From Escherichia coli (GTDB lineage Bacteria; Pseudomonadota; Gammaproteobacteria; Enterobacterales; Enterobacteriaceae), in assembly GCF_044324785.1 (NCBI RefSeq), contig NZ_CP172127.1: 64,000 nucleotides of DNA; one strand, given 5' to 3'. Below the pieces are notes generated by a model. That model was not told where the DNA came from, searched no databases, and saw only the letters and a program-made list of their open reading frames with translations. The translations under genes were made by a program, and so were the position numbers. This document shows, in pieces, positions 12,421-25,869 of this stretch; the stretch's first letter is position 1; every line of letters begins with the position of its first letter.

Positions 12421-12861
12421 ATGGACAAGCAACGCGGTTTTACACTTATCGAACTGATGGTGGTTATTGGCATCATTGCCATTTTAAGCGCCATTGGTAT
12501 TCCCGCTTATCAAAACTACCTGCGCAAAGCCGCACTCACCGACATGCTACAAACCTTTGTGCCTTACCGTACCGCCGTAGAGTTGTGCGCGCTGGAACAT
12601 GGTGGATTAGATACCTGCGACGGTGGCAGTAATGGCATCCCCTCGCCTACCACCACCCGCTATGTTTCAGCCATGAGTGTGGCAAAGGGCGTGGTGTCGC
12701 TGACCGGGCAAGAAAGTCTCAATGGGCTAAGCGTCGTCATGACGCCGGGTTGGGATAACGCAAACGGCGTCACCGGTTGGACGCGCAACTGCAATATTCA
12801 AAGTGACAGCGCATTGCAGCAAGCCTGCGAAGATGTCTTTCGCTTTGATGACGCCAACTAA
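12421..12861 (+). CDS. ppdD: Type IV prepilin-like major pilin
   Basis: 146 aa starting MDKQRGFTLIELMVVIGIIAILSAIGIPAYQNY (class III signal peptide, G-FTLIE motif). Confidence 0.94.
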   Translation: MDKQRGFTLIELMVVIGIIAILSAIGIPAYQNYLRKAALTDMLQTFVPYRTAVELCALEHGGLDTCDGGSNGIPSPTTTRYVSAMSVAKGVVSLTGQESLNGLSVVMTPGWDNANGVTGWTRNCNIQSDSALQQACEDVFRFDDAN

Positions 12862-12870
12862 GGAGCGGCA

Positions 12871-14256
12871 ATGAATATTCCACAGCTCACCGCCCTGTGT
12901 CTGCGTTATCAGGGAGTCTTGCTGGATGCCAGCGAAGAGGTGGTTCATGTTGCGGTAGTCGATGCACCTTCGCATGAGCTACTGGACGCATTGCATTTCG
13001 CTACCACCAAACGTATTGAGATCACCTGCTGGACGCGCCAACAGATGGAAGGTCACGCCAGTCGCACACAACAGACATTGCCCGTAGCTATTCATGAGAA
13101 GCATCAGCCCAAAGCAGAGTTGCTGACTCGAACGTTACAATCTGCGCTGGAACAACGCGCGTCTGATATTCATATCGAACCAGCGAACAATGCCTACCGC
13201 ATCCGCTTGCGTATCGACGGCGTATTGCATCCTTTACCGGATGTTTCACCGGATGCCGGAGTCGCATTAACCGCCAGATTAAAAGTGCTGGGAAACCTGG
13301 ATATTGCGGAACATCGCCTGCCGCAGGACGGGCAATTCACTGTCGAACTGGCAGGAAACGCCGTCTCATTTCGTATTGCGACCTTACCATGTCGGGGTGG
13401 TGAAAAGGTGGTATTAAGGTTGTTACAGCAGGTGAGCCAGGCACTGGATGTCAACACGCTGGGAATGCAGCCGTTACAACTGGCGGACTTTGCTCATACA
13501 TTGCAACAACCACAGGGATTGGTGCTGGTAACTGGCCCTACAGGCAGCGGCAAAACGGTCACGCTTTATAGTGCCCTGCAAACGCTGAATACCGCTGACA
13601 TTAATATTTGTAGCGTCGAAGATCCGGTTGAGATCCCCATAGCCGGACTAAACCAGACGCAAATCCATCCGCGTGCCGGACTCACCTTTCAGGGCGTTTT
13701 GCGTGCGTTATTGCGCCAGGACCCTGACGTCATCATGATCGGAGAGATCCGCGATGGCGAAACAGCAGAGATCGCTATTAAAGCCGCGCAAACCGGTCAC
13801 CTGGTGTTGTCCACGCTACACACCAACTCCACCTGCGAAACGCTGGTACGTTTACAGCAAATGGGAGTCGCCCGCTGGATGCTCTCATCAGCGCTTACGC
13901 TGGTAATAGCCCAGCGTCTGGTACGCAAACTTTGCCCACATTGTCGCCGACAGCAAGGGGAGCCAATCCATATTCCAGACAATGTATGGCCGTCGCCGCT
14001 GCCCCGCTGGCAAGCACCCGGTTGTGTACATTGCTACCACGGTTTTTATGGTCGTACGGCCTTATTTGAAGTTCTACCCATAACACCGATCATACGCCAG
14101 CTTATTTCCGCTAATACCGACGTTGAATCGCTGGAAACACACGCCCGACAGGCGGGTATGCGTACGCTTTTTGAAAACGGCTGCCTGGCCGTGGAGCAAG
14201 GCTTAACCACCTTTGAAGAGTTAATCCGCGTATTGGGGATGCCGCATGGCGAGTAA
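12871..14256 (+). CDS. hofB: Type IV pilus/T2SS-type assembly ATPase (GspE/PilB family)
   Basis: 461 aa with Walker A GPTGSGKT and a tetracysteine motif (CPHC...CVHC). Confidence 0.93.
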   Translation: MNIPQLTALCLRYQGVLLDASEEVVHVAVVDAPSHELLDALHFATTKRIEITCWTRQQMEGHASRTQQTLPVAIHEKHQPKAELLTRTLQSALEQRASDIHIEPANNAYRIRLRIDGVLHPLPDVSPDAGVALTARLKVLGNLDIAEHRLPQDGQFTVELAGNAVSFRIATLPCRGGEKVVLRLLQQVSQALDVNTLGMQPLQLADFAHTLQQPQGLVLVTGPTGSGKTVTLYSALQTLNTADINICSVEDPVEIPIAGLNQTQIHPRAGLTFQGVLRALLRQDPDVIMIGEIRDGETAEIAIKAAQTGHLVLSTLHTNSTCETLVRLQQMGVARWMLSSALTLVIAQRLVRKLCPHCRRQQGEPIHIPDNVWPSPLPRWQAPGCVHCYHGFYGRTALFEVLPITPIIRQLISANTDVESLETHARQAGMRTLFENGCLAVEQGLTTFEELIRVLGMPHGE

Positions 14257-15448
14257 GCAACTCTGGCGCTGGCATGGCATAACCGGCGACGGCAATGCGC
14301 AAGATGGGATGCTATGGGCAGAGAGCCGTGCTTTGCTGCTTATGGCACTACAGCAACAGATGGTTACCCCACTAAGCCTGAAGCGAATCGCCATCAATTC
14401 TGCGCAGTGGCGAGGAGATAAAAGCGCGGAAGTCATTCATCAACTGGCGACGCTACTCAAAGCCGGGTTAACGCTTTCTGAAGGGCTGGCACTGCTGGCG
14501 GAACAGCATCCCAGTAAGCAATGGCAAGCGTTGCTGCAATCGCTGGCGTACGATCTCGAACAGGGCATTGCTTTTTCCAATGCCTTATTACCCTGGTCAG
14601 AGGTATTTCCGCCGCTCTATCAGGCAATGATCCGCACGGGGGAATTGACTGGTAAGTTAGATGAATGTTGCTTTGAACTTGCTCGACAGCAAAAAGTCCA
14701 GCGTCAGTTAGCCGATAAAGTGAAATCAGCGTTGCGTTATCCCATCATCATTTTAGCGATGGCAATCATGGTGGTTGTGGCAATGCTGCATTTTGTGCTG
14801 CCGGAGTTTGCTGCTATTTATAAGACCTTCAACACCCCACTACCGGTACTAACGCAGGGGATCATGACGCTGGCAGACTTTAGTGGCGAATGGGGCTGGC
14901 TGCTGGTGTTGTTCGGCCTTCTGCTGGCGATAGCCAATAAGTTGCTGATGCGCCGCCCGACCTGGCTTATCGCGCGGCAGAAATGGCTGTTACGCATCCC
15001 GATTATGGGTTCACTGATGCGGGGACAAAAACTCACGCAGATCTTTACGATTCTGGCGCTGACTCAAAGTGCAGGCATTACTTTTTTACAGGGCGTTGAG
15101 AGCGTCAGAGAAACAATGCGCTGCCCGTACTGGGTGCAACTTCTGACACAAATCCAGCACGATATCAGTAACGGTCAACCCATCTGGCTGGCGCTAAAAA
15201 ATGCCGGTGAGTTTAGCCCACTCTGTTTGCAATTAGTGAGAACAGGAGAGGCATCCGGCTCGCTGGATCTCATGTTAGACAACCTCGCCCATCATCATCG
15301 GGATAACACAATGGCGCTGGCGGATAACCTCGCAGCCTTACTGGAACCGGCGTTGCTGATCATAACGGGAGGAATTATCGGTACGCTGGTGGTGGCAATG
15401 TATCTGCCAATTTTCCATTTAGGCGATGCGATGAGTGGAATGGGATAA
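14246..15448 (+). CDS. hofC: Type IV pilus platform protein (GspF/PilC family)
   Basis: 400 aa polytopic membrane protein. Overlaps hofB by 11 bp. Confidence 0.93.
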   Translation: MASKQLWRWHGITGDGNAQDGMLWAESRALLLMALQQQMVTPLSLKRIAINSAQWRGDKSAEVIHQLATLLKAGLTLSEGLALLAEQHPSKQWQALLQSLAYDLEQGIAFSNALLPWSEVFPPLYQAMIRTGELTGKLDECCFELARQQKVQRQLADKVKSALRYPIIILAMAIMVVVAMLHFVLPEFAAIYKTFNTPLPVLTQGIMTLADFSGEWGWLLVLFGLLLAIANKLLMRRPTWLIARQKWLLRIPIMGSLMRGQKLTQIFTILALTQSAGITFLQGVESVRETMRCPYWVQLLTQIQHDISNGQPIWLALKNAGEFSPLCLQLVRTGEASGSLDLMLDNLAHHHRDNTMALADNLAALLEPALLIITGGIIGTLVVAMYLPIFHLGDAMSGMG

Positions 15449-15482
15449 CGCTGGCGTGTTGCTCCACGCCAGCGTTGGGAGA

Positions 15483-16526
15483 TTACAGGTTGTTGAAGAT
15501 GCGGTTTTCTTGTTCCAGCACACGGATAAATGTGGTGCGCTTGGTCAGCTCTTTCAGGCGTGAAGCCCCAACGTATGTACAAGCTGAACGCAGGCCGCCC
15601 AAAATATCACGCGCGGTATTTTCAACCGGGCCTCGCAGCGGCAGCTTAACGGTTTTACCTTCTGCTGCGCGATATTCCGCAACGCCGCCAACGTGACGTT
15701 TCATCGCAGACTCGGAGCTCATGCCGTAGAACAGCATAAATTTCTCGCCGTTCTCCTCAACGATGCGACCGCCGCTCTCTTCGTGGCCCGCCAGCATGCC
15801 GCCAAGCATGACGAAATCGGCACCGCCGCCAAAAGCTTTCGCGACATCGCCCGGCGTGGTGCAGCCACCATCGCTGACGATCATTCCGCCCAGACCGTGC
15901 GCAGCATCGGCACATTCGATTACCGCAGAAAGTTGCGGATAACCGACGCCTGTTTTGACACGAGTTGTACAAACAGAACCTGGGCCAATGCCAACTTTAA
16001 CGATATCGGCACCGGAGAGGATAAGCTCCTCACACATTTCACCAGTCACTACGTTGCCAGCACAAATGGTTTTGGTCGGCCACGCTTCACGCGCTTTCGC
16101 AACGAACTGCACGAAGTGTTCGGAATAACCATTCGCCACATCAATACAAACGAAGTTTAATGCCGGGTTCAGGTCGAGAATCTGTTTAGTTTTTTCGAAA
16201 TCCGCATCAGACGTACCGGTAGAAACCATCACATGTTTCAGCACATCAGCGGAAGAATTGTTGATAAACGCTTGCCACTCTTCGACAGAATAGTGTTTAT
16301 GCACAGCAGTCAAAATATCAAAAGAAGCCAGCGCAGAGGCCATAGAAAATGTGCCTACGGTGTCCATATTTGCGGCGATAATCGGCACGCCGGACCAGCT
16401 CTGACCTGAATGTTTGAAGGTGAATTGACGTTCCAGTTCAACATCGGAACGGCTTTTAAGAGTGGAGCGTTTAGGGCGGATGAGAACGTCTTTAAAACCT
16501 AACTTCAGATCTTCTTCAATACGCAT
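15483..16526 (-). CDS. guaC: GMP reductase
   Basis: 347 aa starting [33 protein letters not shown] (IMPDH/GMPR TIM barrel). Convergent with hofC. Confidence 0.95.
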   Translation of the reverse strand: MRIEEDLKLGFKDVLIRPKRSTLKSRSDVELERQFTFKHSGQSWSGVPIIAANMDTVGTFSMASALASFDILTAVHKHYSVEEWQAFINNSSADVLKHVMVSTGTSDADFEKTKQILDLNPALNFVCIDVANGYSEHFVQFVAKAREAWPTKTICAGNVVTGEMCEELILSGADIVKVGIGPGSVCTTRVKTGVGYPQLSAVIECADAAHGLGGMIVSDGGCTTPGDVAKAFGGGADFVMLGGMLAGHEESGGRIVEENGEKFMLFYGMSSESAMKRHVGGVAEYRAAEGKTVKLPLRGPVENTARDILGGLRSACTYVGASRLKELTKRTTFIRVLEQENRIFNNL

Positions 16527-16750
16527 GTGCGGATTCCTGGGGTTAATGGCTATAAGGGTAAGAGCGCAACTCCAGTGACGCTATCATACGCACTAATCAA
16601 TGCGGCGCAAGACTGCGAAATTGTCTTTTTTTACGCTACAATCCCATAAATTTACCTGGTAAATAGTGAGCGAACGTTTCATCAATTTCGCTTTCGTGCG
16701 CTCATTTTTAACGTTTTGATAATCATGATGAATTCCCGGGAATATAAATT

Positions 16751-17371
16751 ATGAGGTATATAGTTGCCTTAACGGGAGGCATTGGCAGTGGCAAGAGTAC
16801 CGTTGCCAATGCGTTTGCTGATCTCGGAATTAACGTCATTGATGCCGATATTATTGCGCGTCAGGTGGTTGAACCAGGTGCACCTGCGCTACATGCCATT
16901 GCTGATCACTTTGGCGCTAACATGATTGCTGCTGATGGAACATTGCAGCGCCGGGCCTTGCGCGAGCGGATCTTCGCCAACCCGGAAGAGAAAAACTGGC
17001 TTAACGCCCTGCTGCATCCGCTGATTCAGCAAGAGACGCAACACCAGATCCAGCAAGCAACTTCCCCCTATGTACTGTGGGTTGTGCCATTGCTGGTAGA
17101 AAACTCACTGTATAAAAAAGCGAATCGAGTGCTGGTGGTGGATGTCAGCCCAGAAACGCAACTTAAGCGCACCATGCAGCGCGATGATGTAACTCGCGAG
17201 CATGTCGAACAAATCCTTGCTGCTCAGGCACCGCGCGAAGCTCGCCTTGCCGTGGCAGATGACGTCATTGATAATAACGGCGCACCGGATGCTATCGCAT
17301 CGGATGTTGCCCGCCTGCACGCACACTATTTGCAGCTTGCGTCGCAGTTTGTCTCACAGGAAAAACCGTAA
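16751..17371 (+). CDS. coaE: Dephospho-CoA kinase
   Basis: 206 aa starting [22 protein letters not shown] (P-loop). Confidence 0.95.
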
Positions 17372-18114
17372 TGCAGACCCAGGTCCTTTTTGAACATCCA
17401 CTAAATGAAAAAATGCGTACATGGCTGCGCATTGAGTTTTTGATTCAGCAACTTACCGTTAATTTACCCATCGTTGACCACGCTGGCGCGCTGCATTTCT
17501 TCCGTAATGTCAGTGAATTACTGGATGTTTTCGAGCGTGGCGAAGTCCGCACTGAGCTGTTGAAAGAACTTGACCGGCAGCAACGTAAACTCCAGACCTG
17601 GATTGGCGTGCCTGGCGTGGACCAGAGCCGTATTGAAGCATTAATTCAGCAGTTAAAAGCGGCGGGGAGCGTATTAATTTCCGCGCCGCGTATCGGGCAA
17701 TTTCTGCGTGAAGATCGTTTGATTGCTCTGGTGCGTCAGCGACTGAGCATCCCAGGCGGCTGTTGTAGCTTTGATTTACCTACATTGCACATTTGGCTGC
17801 ATCTACCCCAGGCGCAGCGCGACAGCCAGGTAGAAACCTGGATTGCCAGCCTGAACCCGCTCACCCAGGCACTTACCATGGTGCTGGATTTAATTCGCCA
17901 GTCGGCCCCCTTCCGTAAACAAACCAGCCTGAATGGTTTTTATCAGGATAACGGTGGCGATGCCGACTTGCTGCGCCTGAATCTGTCACTCGATTCACAG
18001 CTTTATCCGCAAATTTCCGGTCATAAGAGCCGTTTTGCCATTCGTTTTATGCCGCTGGACAGTGAAAACGGACAGGTACCGGAACGTCTGGATTTCGAAC
18101 TGGCCTGTTGCTAA
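17371..18114 (+). CDS. zapD: Cell division protein ZapD
   Basis: 247 aa starting [24 protein letters not shown]. Start overlaps the coaE stop by 1 nt. Confidence 0.93.
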
Positions 18115-18123
18115 GGAGTAAAA

Positions 18124-18321
18124 ATGTCAGAAACTATTACGGTGAATTGCCCAACCTGCGGGAAAACGGTGGTGTGGGGTGAAATCAGCCCGTTTCGGCC
18201 ATTTTGCTCCAAACGTTGTCAGCTGATCGACCTCGGAGAATGGGCTGCTGAAGAAAAACGAATCCCCAGCAGTGGCGATCTTTCCGAAAGCGATGACTGG
18301 AGCGAAGAGCCAAAGCAGTGA
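18124..18321 (+). CDS. yacG: DNA gyrase inhibitor YacG (zinc finger)
   Basis: 65 aa with CPTCGK...C..C motifs. Confidence 0.93.
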
Positions 18322-18325
18322 CATT

Positions 18326-18420
18326 TTGTCTGATGCGACGCTGGCCTGATAAGACGCGCCAGCGTCGCATCGGGCATCTTGTGCAAATGTTGGATGCGGC
18401 ATAAACGCCTATCCGACATA
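18326..18420. repeat. REP/BIME cluster between yacG and mutT
   Basis: tgatgcgacgctggcctgataagacgcgccagcgtcgcatc is palindromic, followed by ggatgcggcataaacgcctatccgacat. Both match E. coli REP consensus types. Confidence 0.85.
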
Positions 18421-18807
18421 TACACGCTTAAGCTTCGCAAGTACCGGTTCATTGGCTGGCGGAAAATCATCGGCATTCAGACCGACCAGCGCCATCCACT
18501 CACCGGGTTGCCCTTCTTTACCCCACGGCTCCCCTTCCCAGCTTTCGACCAGCCAAAACCACAGTGTTATATGCCTGTCCGGGAATTCATATTCCAGTTT
18601 TTCAAATAGCGAAAAATGTTGTGGGGTAATCCCGACCTCTTCCTGAAGTTCACGCACCACCGCCTGTTCCGGCGTTTCGCCCATTTCAATTTTACCGCCG
18701 GGAAACTCCAGTTTATTCGCCATGTGCGCATCTGCTGCGCGACGCGTTATAAAGATTTCATTGTTCTCGTTGCGAATAATACCTACCGCAATTTGCAGCT
18801 TTTTCAT
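18409..18807 (-). CDS. mutT: 8-oxo-dGTP diphosphatase (Nudix)
   Basis: 132 aa starting MKKLQIAVGIIRNENNEIFITRRAADAHMANKLEFPGGKIEMGETPEQAVVRELQEEVG (Nudix box). The last three codons and the stop lie inside the REP element. Confidence 0.93.
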   Translation of the reverse strand: MKKLQIAVGIIRNENNEIFITRRAADAHMANKLEFPGGKIEMGETPEQAVVRELQEEVGITPQHFSLFEKLEYEFPDRHITLWFWLVESWEGEPWGKEGQPGEWMALVGLNADDFPPANEPVLAKLKRVYVG

Positions 18808-18866
18808 TGTCTTAAACCTATAAAAAAGGCGCAGAATCCTGCGCCTTTTACTTCAACTGTTAGCTT

Positions 18867-21572
18867 TTATTGCAGGCGACCATGGCACTGCTTGTATTTT
18901 TTACCAGAACCGCACGGGCAAGGATCGTTACGTCCTACTTTGCGCTCACCGGTTTGCGCCGCCAGTGCAGCTGCGGCTGCAGAGTCGTCATCCTGATGGC
19001 TAAGCTGCTGCATTTGCGCTAAACGCTCGGCTTCCATACGACGCTGTTGTTCCAGCTCCTCAACCTCTTCAGGCATACGTACCTGAACTTTGCTCAGCGT
19101 GCTGATAACTTCATATTTCAACGACTCCAGCATCGCTGCAAACATGGAGAACGATTCACGTTTGTATTCCTGCTTCGGATCTTTCTGTGCATAGCCACGC
19201 AGGTGGATACCCTGACGCAGATAGTCCATCGCTGCCAGGTGCTCTTTCCACAGGGAGTCAAGCGTTTGCAGCATGACGCCTTTCTCGAAGTGACGCATCA
19301 TCTCAGCACCAACCACTTCTTCTTTACGCTGATACACTTCGATGGACTGCGCCAGAATGCGCTCACGCAGCGTCTCTTCATGCAGTTCTGGTTCTTTATC
19401 CAGCCACTCGGCAATTGGCAAATCGAGGTCGAAATCGTTCTTCAGACGTTCCTGCAGCCCCGGAATATCCCACATTTCTTCCAGCGACTGTGGCGGAATG
19501 TAGGCATCAATGGTCGCTTTGAACACATCTTCACGAATGCTGTTGATGGTTTCGCTCACATCGCTGACATCCAACAGTTCGTTACGCTGGGAGTAAATGG
19601 CGCGACGCTGATCGTTAGCCACGTCATCATATTCCAGCAGTTGCTTACGAATGTCGAAGTTACGACTTTCAACTTTACGCTGGGCGTTGGCAATCGCTTT
19701 AGTCACCCACGGGTGTTCAATGGCTTCGCCTGGCTTCATACCCAGTTTACGCATCATGCCGGATACTCGGTCGGAAGCAAAAATACGCATCAGCGCATCT
19801 TCCATCGACAGGTAGAAACGGGAAGAACCAGCATCCCCCTGACGACCAGAACGACCGCGCAACTGGTTATCGATACGACGGGATTCGTGACGCTCGGTAC
19901 CGATGATATGCAGGCCACCTGCTGCCAGTACCGCATCGTGACGTACCTGCCAGTCGGCTTTAATTTTTTCAATTTGCTCTGCGGTCGGATTTTCCAGCGC
20001 GGCAACTTCTGCCTGCCAGCTACCACCGAGCACAATATCTGTACCACGACCCGCCATGTTGGTCGCGATAGTCACCGCAGCCGGATAACCTGCCTGAGCA
20101 ACAATCGCCGCTTCGTTGGCATGGAATTTGGCGTTCAGGACATTGTGCTTAATACCGGCTTTGGTCAGTTCGTTTGACACCAGCTCCGATTTTTCGATGG
20201 AGATAGTACCCACCAGCACCGGCTGGCCTTTCGCAGTACGCTCTTTGATATCTTCAATGATCGCCTGAATTTTTTCCGCTTCAGTCATGTAGACCAGGTC
20301 CGGCAGATCTTTACGAATCATTGGACGGTTGGTCGGAACAACGACGGTATCCAGCTTGTAGATGGAGCTGAATTCGAAAGCTTCGGTATCAGCAGTACCG
20401 GTCATCCCCGCCAGTTTTTCATACAGACGGAAGTAGTTCTGGAAAGTGATCGACGCCAGCGTCTGGTTTTCGTTCTGGATCTGTACACCTTCTTTCGCTT
20501 CCACAGCCTGGTGCAGGCCATCGGACCAACGACGTCCCTGCATGGTACGACCGGTGTGTTCGTCAACGATGATAACTTCACCATCTTTAACGATGTAGTC
20601 GACGTCTCGGGTAAACAGCGCATGAGCGCGCAGCGCCGCCGTTACGTGGTGCATCAGCATGATGTTGGCCGGAGAGTACAGAGACTCCCCTTCATCCATG
20701 ATGCCTTCTTTCACCAGCAGTTCTTCAATCAGCACCAGACCACGTTCGGTCAGGTTCACCTGGCGAGATTTTTCGTCCACCGAGAAGTGGCCTTCGCCCT
20801 GGAAGGTTTCGGAGTCTTCTTTTTCCTGACGGATCAGGTGCGGAATAATTTTATTCACGCGTTTATACATTTCCGAGCTGTCTTCTGCCGGGCCGGAAAT
20901 GATCAGCGGTGTACGCGCTTCATCGATCAGGATGGAGTCCACTTCGTCCACCAGCGCATAGTGCAGTTTACGCTGTACACGTTCTTCAGGGCTGAACGCC
21001 ATGTTATCGCGCAGGTAGTCAAAGCCGTATTCGTTGTTCGTACCGTAAGTGATGTCAGCTGCGTAAGCTTCACGCTTCGCCGGTGCTGGCATGCCCGGCA
21101 GGTTGATACCGACAGTCAGGCCAAGGAATTCAAACAGCGGACGGTTGTTTTCGGCGTCACGTTGCGCCAGGTAGTCGTTGACGGTAACAACGTGTACGCC
21201 CTTACCGGTTAATGCGTTCAGGTAAGCAGGCAGCGTTGCGGTCAGGGTTTTACCTTCACCGGTACGCATTTCGGCGATGCAGCGTTCGTTAAGAACCATA
21301 CCGCCGAGTAACTGAACGTCGAAGTGACGCATACCAAAGACGCGCTTACTTGCCTCACGCACCACGGCGAAAGCTTCCGGGATCAGATTTTCCAGCACTT
21401 CGCCTTTTTCCAGACGTGCACGAAACTCTGCGGTTTTCCCTTTCAGTTCTTCGTCGGAGAGTTTTTCCATCTCCGGTTCCATGGCATTGATGATGTTGAC
21501 CACTTTGCGCATCCGGCGCAGGGTGCGATCGTTACGACTACCGAAAACTTTAGTTAATAATTTGATTAGCAT
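18867..21572 (-). CDS. secA: Preprotein translocase ATPase SecA
   Basis: 901 aa starting [26 protein letters not shown]-terminal zinc-binding [14 protein letters not shown]. Confidence 0.97.
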   Translation of the reverse strand: MLIKLLTKVFGSRNDRTLRRMRKVVNIINAMEPEMEKLSDEELKGKTAEFRARLEKGEVLENLIPEAFAVVREASKRVFGMRHFDVQLLGGMVLNERCIAEMRTGEGKTLTATLPAYLNALTGKGVHVVTVNDYLAQRDAENNRPLFEFLGLTVGINLPGMPAPAKREAYAADITYGTNNEYGFDYLRDNMAFSPEERVQRKLHYALVDEVDSILIDEARTPLIISGPAEDSSEMYKRVNKIIPHLIRQEKEDSETFQGEGHFSVDEKSRQVNLTERGLVLIEELLVKEGIMDEGESLYSPANIMLMHHVTAALRAHALFTRDVDYIVKDGEVIIVDEHTGRTMQGRRWSDGLHQAVEAKEGVQIQNENQTLASITFQNYFRLYEKLAGMTGTADTEAFEFSSIYKLDTVVVPTNRPMIRKDLPDLVYMTEAEKIQAIIEDIKERTAKGQPVLVGTISIEKSELVSNELTKAGIKHNVLNAKFHANEAAIVAQAGYPAAVTIATNMAGRGTDIVLGGSWQAEVAALENPTAEQIEKIKADWQVRHDAVLAAGGLHIIGTERHESRRIDNQLRGRSGRQGDAGSSRFYLSMEDALMRIFASDRVSGMMRKLGMKPGEAIEHPWVTKAIANAQRKVESRNFDIRKQLLEYDDVANDQRRAIYSQRNELLDVSDVSETINSIREDVFKATIDAYIPPQSLEEMWDIPGLQERLKNDFDLDLPIAEWLDKEPELHEETLRERILAQSIEVYQRKEEVVGAEMMRHFEKGVMLQTLDSLWKEHLAAMDYLRQGIHLRGYAQKDPKQEYKRESFSMFAAMLESLKYEVISTLSKVQVRMPEEVEELEQQRRMEAERLAQMQQLSHQDDDSAAAAALAAQTGERKVGRNDPCPCGSGKKYKQCHGRLQ

Positions 21573-21633
21573 AATAAAATCTCAAACGCCCCGCGTTGCG
21601 GAGTCAATAAAATGAAGTAAAGGTTTATTGTTG

Positions 21634-22314
<681 letters not shown>

Positions 22315-22376
22315 TCACCTGGCCGGAGAGAGTGCCAGATTTGCCAGTCGAATTTTATACGACAGTATAAATGTCG

Positions 22377-23315
<939 letters not shown>

Positions 23316-23394
23316 CTATCCAACCGAAGTGTACTATACATTCGGCGGGCCAGTTTAGCACAAAGAGCCTCGAAACCCAAATTCCAGTCAATTC

Positions 23395-24546
23395 TTAATC
23401 AGCTTGCTTACGCAGGAATGCTGGGATATCCAGATAATCCGGCTCTTTCGCAGTTTGCGGTGCATTGTCATTCACGACTTTAGCAACCGGCTTCTGCTCC
23501 TGGGTCAGCGGAGCCATCCCGTGCTGCTGGTAGCGATCCATCACTGGCTGCTGAACCTGCTTATTGGTCACCAGAGTGATTTCAGGACGTTTGTCCATGC
23601 CGATACCTGTCGCAACAACAGTTACGCGCAGCTCGTCATTCATATCCGGGTCAAGAGAAGTACCGATAACCACAGTCGCGTTGTCGGAAGCAAATGCACG
23701 GATGGTGTTACCTACCGTTTCGAACTCATCCAGACGCAGGTCGAAGCCCGCCGTGATGTTAACCAGCACGCCGCGTGCGCCAGACAGGTCGATATCTTCC
23801 AGCAGCGGAGAAGAGATAGCCATTTCAGCAGCTTCTTCCGCACGGTCTTCACCACTCGCCACGCCAGAACCCATCATTGCGTAGCCCATTTCAGACATTA
23901 CGGTGCGTACGTCTGCAAAGTCCACGTTCATCAAACCCGGACGAGTAATCAGTTCAGCGATACCTTGCACAGCGCCTTTCAGTACATCGTTCGCTGCGCC
24001 AAACGCATCCAGCAGGGAGATACCGCGGCCCAGAACTTTCAGCAGTTTGTCGTTCGGGATAGTGATCAGAGAGTCCACATGTTTGGACAGTTCAGTGATC
24101 CCCTGCTCCGCGAATGCCATACGCTTCTTGCCTTCAAAGTTGAAAGGCTTAGTGACGACAGCAACGGTCAGGATACCCAAATCTTTTGCCACTTCAGCGA
24201 CGACTGGTGCTGCACCTGTACCGGTACCACCACCCATACCCGCTGCGATAAAGACCATGTCTGCACCTTCCAGCGCCGCACGCAGTGCATCGCGATCCTC
24301 ATCAGCCGCATTACGGCCAACTTCTGGATTAGCGCCAGCGCCCAGTCCTTTGGTGATACCGCTACCGATTTGAATCGTCTGTCCAACCGCTGTTTTACGC
24401 AGCGCTTGTGCATCGGTATTTACCGCGAAGAATTCAACACCTTCAATGCGCTCGCGCACCATGTGTTCAACAGCATTACCGCCGCCGCCGCCGACGCCGA
24501 TGACTTTAATCACCGCGTCATTGGTAAGTTCCATTGGTTCAAACAT
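23395..24546 (-). CDS. ftsZ: Cell division GTPase FtsZ
   Basis: 383 aa with the tubulin signature GGGTGTG. Confidence 0.97.
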
Positions 24547-24606
24547 AGTTTCTCTCCGATTTGTGCCTGTCGCCTGAGGCCGTAATCATCGTCGGCCTCA
24601 TAAAAA

Positions 24607-25869
24607 TTAAAACTCTTTTCGCAGCCAACTATTGAGTCGCTTGATCCACGAGCCAACTGATGCTGTAACACGTTTTTCTACTTCAGCTTCACCGTTAAGA
24701 TGTGACTCTTTCCCATAGTGAAGCAATCCCACCGCCGTCGAATAATACGGCTCCTGAGCATAATCCGTTAAACCGGTAATGTTCAGCGGCGCGCCGATAC
24801 GCACTTGCGTATGAAACACGCGCTGAGCACAGGCTGCAAGACCTTCGATCTGCGCTGCGCCACCAGTTAAAACAATGCCTGCCGCCAGGTGATGTTTAAC
24901 CCCTTGTTGGCGAAGCTTTTCCTGCAACTGCAATATCTCTTCGTTGACCAGGTTGAGCAGCTCGGTATAGCGCGGCTCGATCACCTCTGCCAGGGTCTGA
25001 CGTTGCAGACTCCGCGGCGGACGACCACCTACGCTCGGCACTTCCACGCTCTCATCTTTTCCAACGATGGAACCCAGCGCACAACCGTGGCGAACTTTAA
25101 TCGCTTCGGCGTCGCTTGGCGGCGTGCCAAAGGCGTAAGCGATATCACTGGTCACGACATTGCCAGCATAAGGAATTACCTTAGTGTGGCGCAATGCCCC
25201 ACCGGTATAAACGGCGATATCCATTGTACCACCACCGATATCGACGACGCAGACACCCAGTTCACGTTCATCTTCCGTCAATACCGAATAACTTGATGCC
25301 AGTCCGGCAAATATCAGTTGGTCAACTTTCAGCCCACAACGTTCAACCGCTTTGACGATGTTTTTCGCCATATCGTTGTGACATGTGATCAGGTGCACTT
25401 TTGCCTGCATCCTCACGCCCGAAAGTCCTACCGGATTCTTGATCCCTTCCTGATAGTCAATCGCATACTCTTGCGGGATCACATGCAGCACACGATGCTC
25501 ATCGCGCACACGCACCGATTTCGCGGTATGGACGACGTTTTCCACATCTTCTTGCGTCACTTCTTCTTCAGAAATAGGCACCATACCAATTTCATTCTGG
25601 CAGCTGATGTGCTTACCAGAAAGCGCCAGATATACCGAAGAGATCTGACAATCTGCCATCAATTCTGCCTGGTCAATGGCGCGTTGTACGCACTTGACCA
25701 CGGATTCGAGGTCGTTCACCCCGCCTTTATCCATACCACGTGACGGGCAGCTGCCCACGCCAATGATATTGACCATACCGTCGGGCAGAACTTCCCCTAC
25801 TAAAGCGGCAACCTTCGCGGTACCAATCTCCAGTCCTACTACCAGTTTTCTGTCCGTCGCCTTGATCAT
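24607..25869 (-). CDS. ftsA: Cell division protein FtsA
   Basis: 420 aa starting [27 protein letters not shown] (actin-like ATPase). Confidence 0.97.
   Translation of the reverse strand: MIKATDRKLVVGLEIGTAKVAALVGEVLPDGMVNIIGVGSCPSRGMDKGGVNDLESVVKCVQRAIDQAELMADCQISSVYLALSGKHISCQNEIGMVPISEEEVTQEDVENVVHTAKSVRVRDEHRVLHVIPQEYAIDYQEGIKNPVGLSGVRMQAKVHLITCHNDMAKNIVKAVERCGLKVDQLIFAGLASSYSVLTEDERELGVCVVDIGGGTMDIAVYTGGALRHTKVIPYAGNVVTSDIAYAFGTPPSDAEAIKVRHGCALGSIVGKDESVEVPSVGGRPPRSLQRQTLAEVIEPRYTELLNLVNEEILQLQEKLRQQGVKHHLAAGIVLTGGAAQIEGLAACAQRVFHTQVRIGAPLNITGLTDYAQEPYYSTAVGLLHYGKESHLNGEAEVEKRVTASVGSWIKRLNSWLRKEF

Noticed and set aside
12219-12632. 137-aa plus-strand ORF across the nadC-ppdD spacer
   Set aside because: It runs through the ppdD promoter into ppdD in another frame, with no support.
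19047-21212. Plus-strand ORFs of 376 and 233 aa
   Set aside because: Antisense to secA.
23404-24585. Plus-strand ORF of 393 aa
   Set aside because: Antisense to ftsZ.
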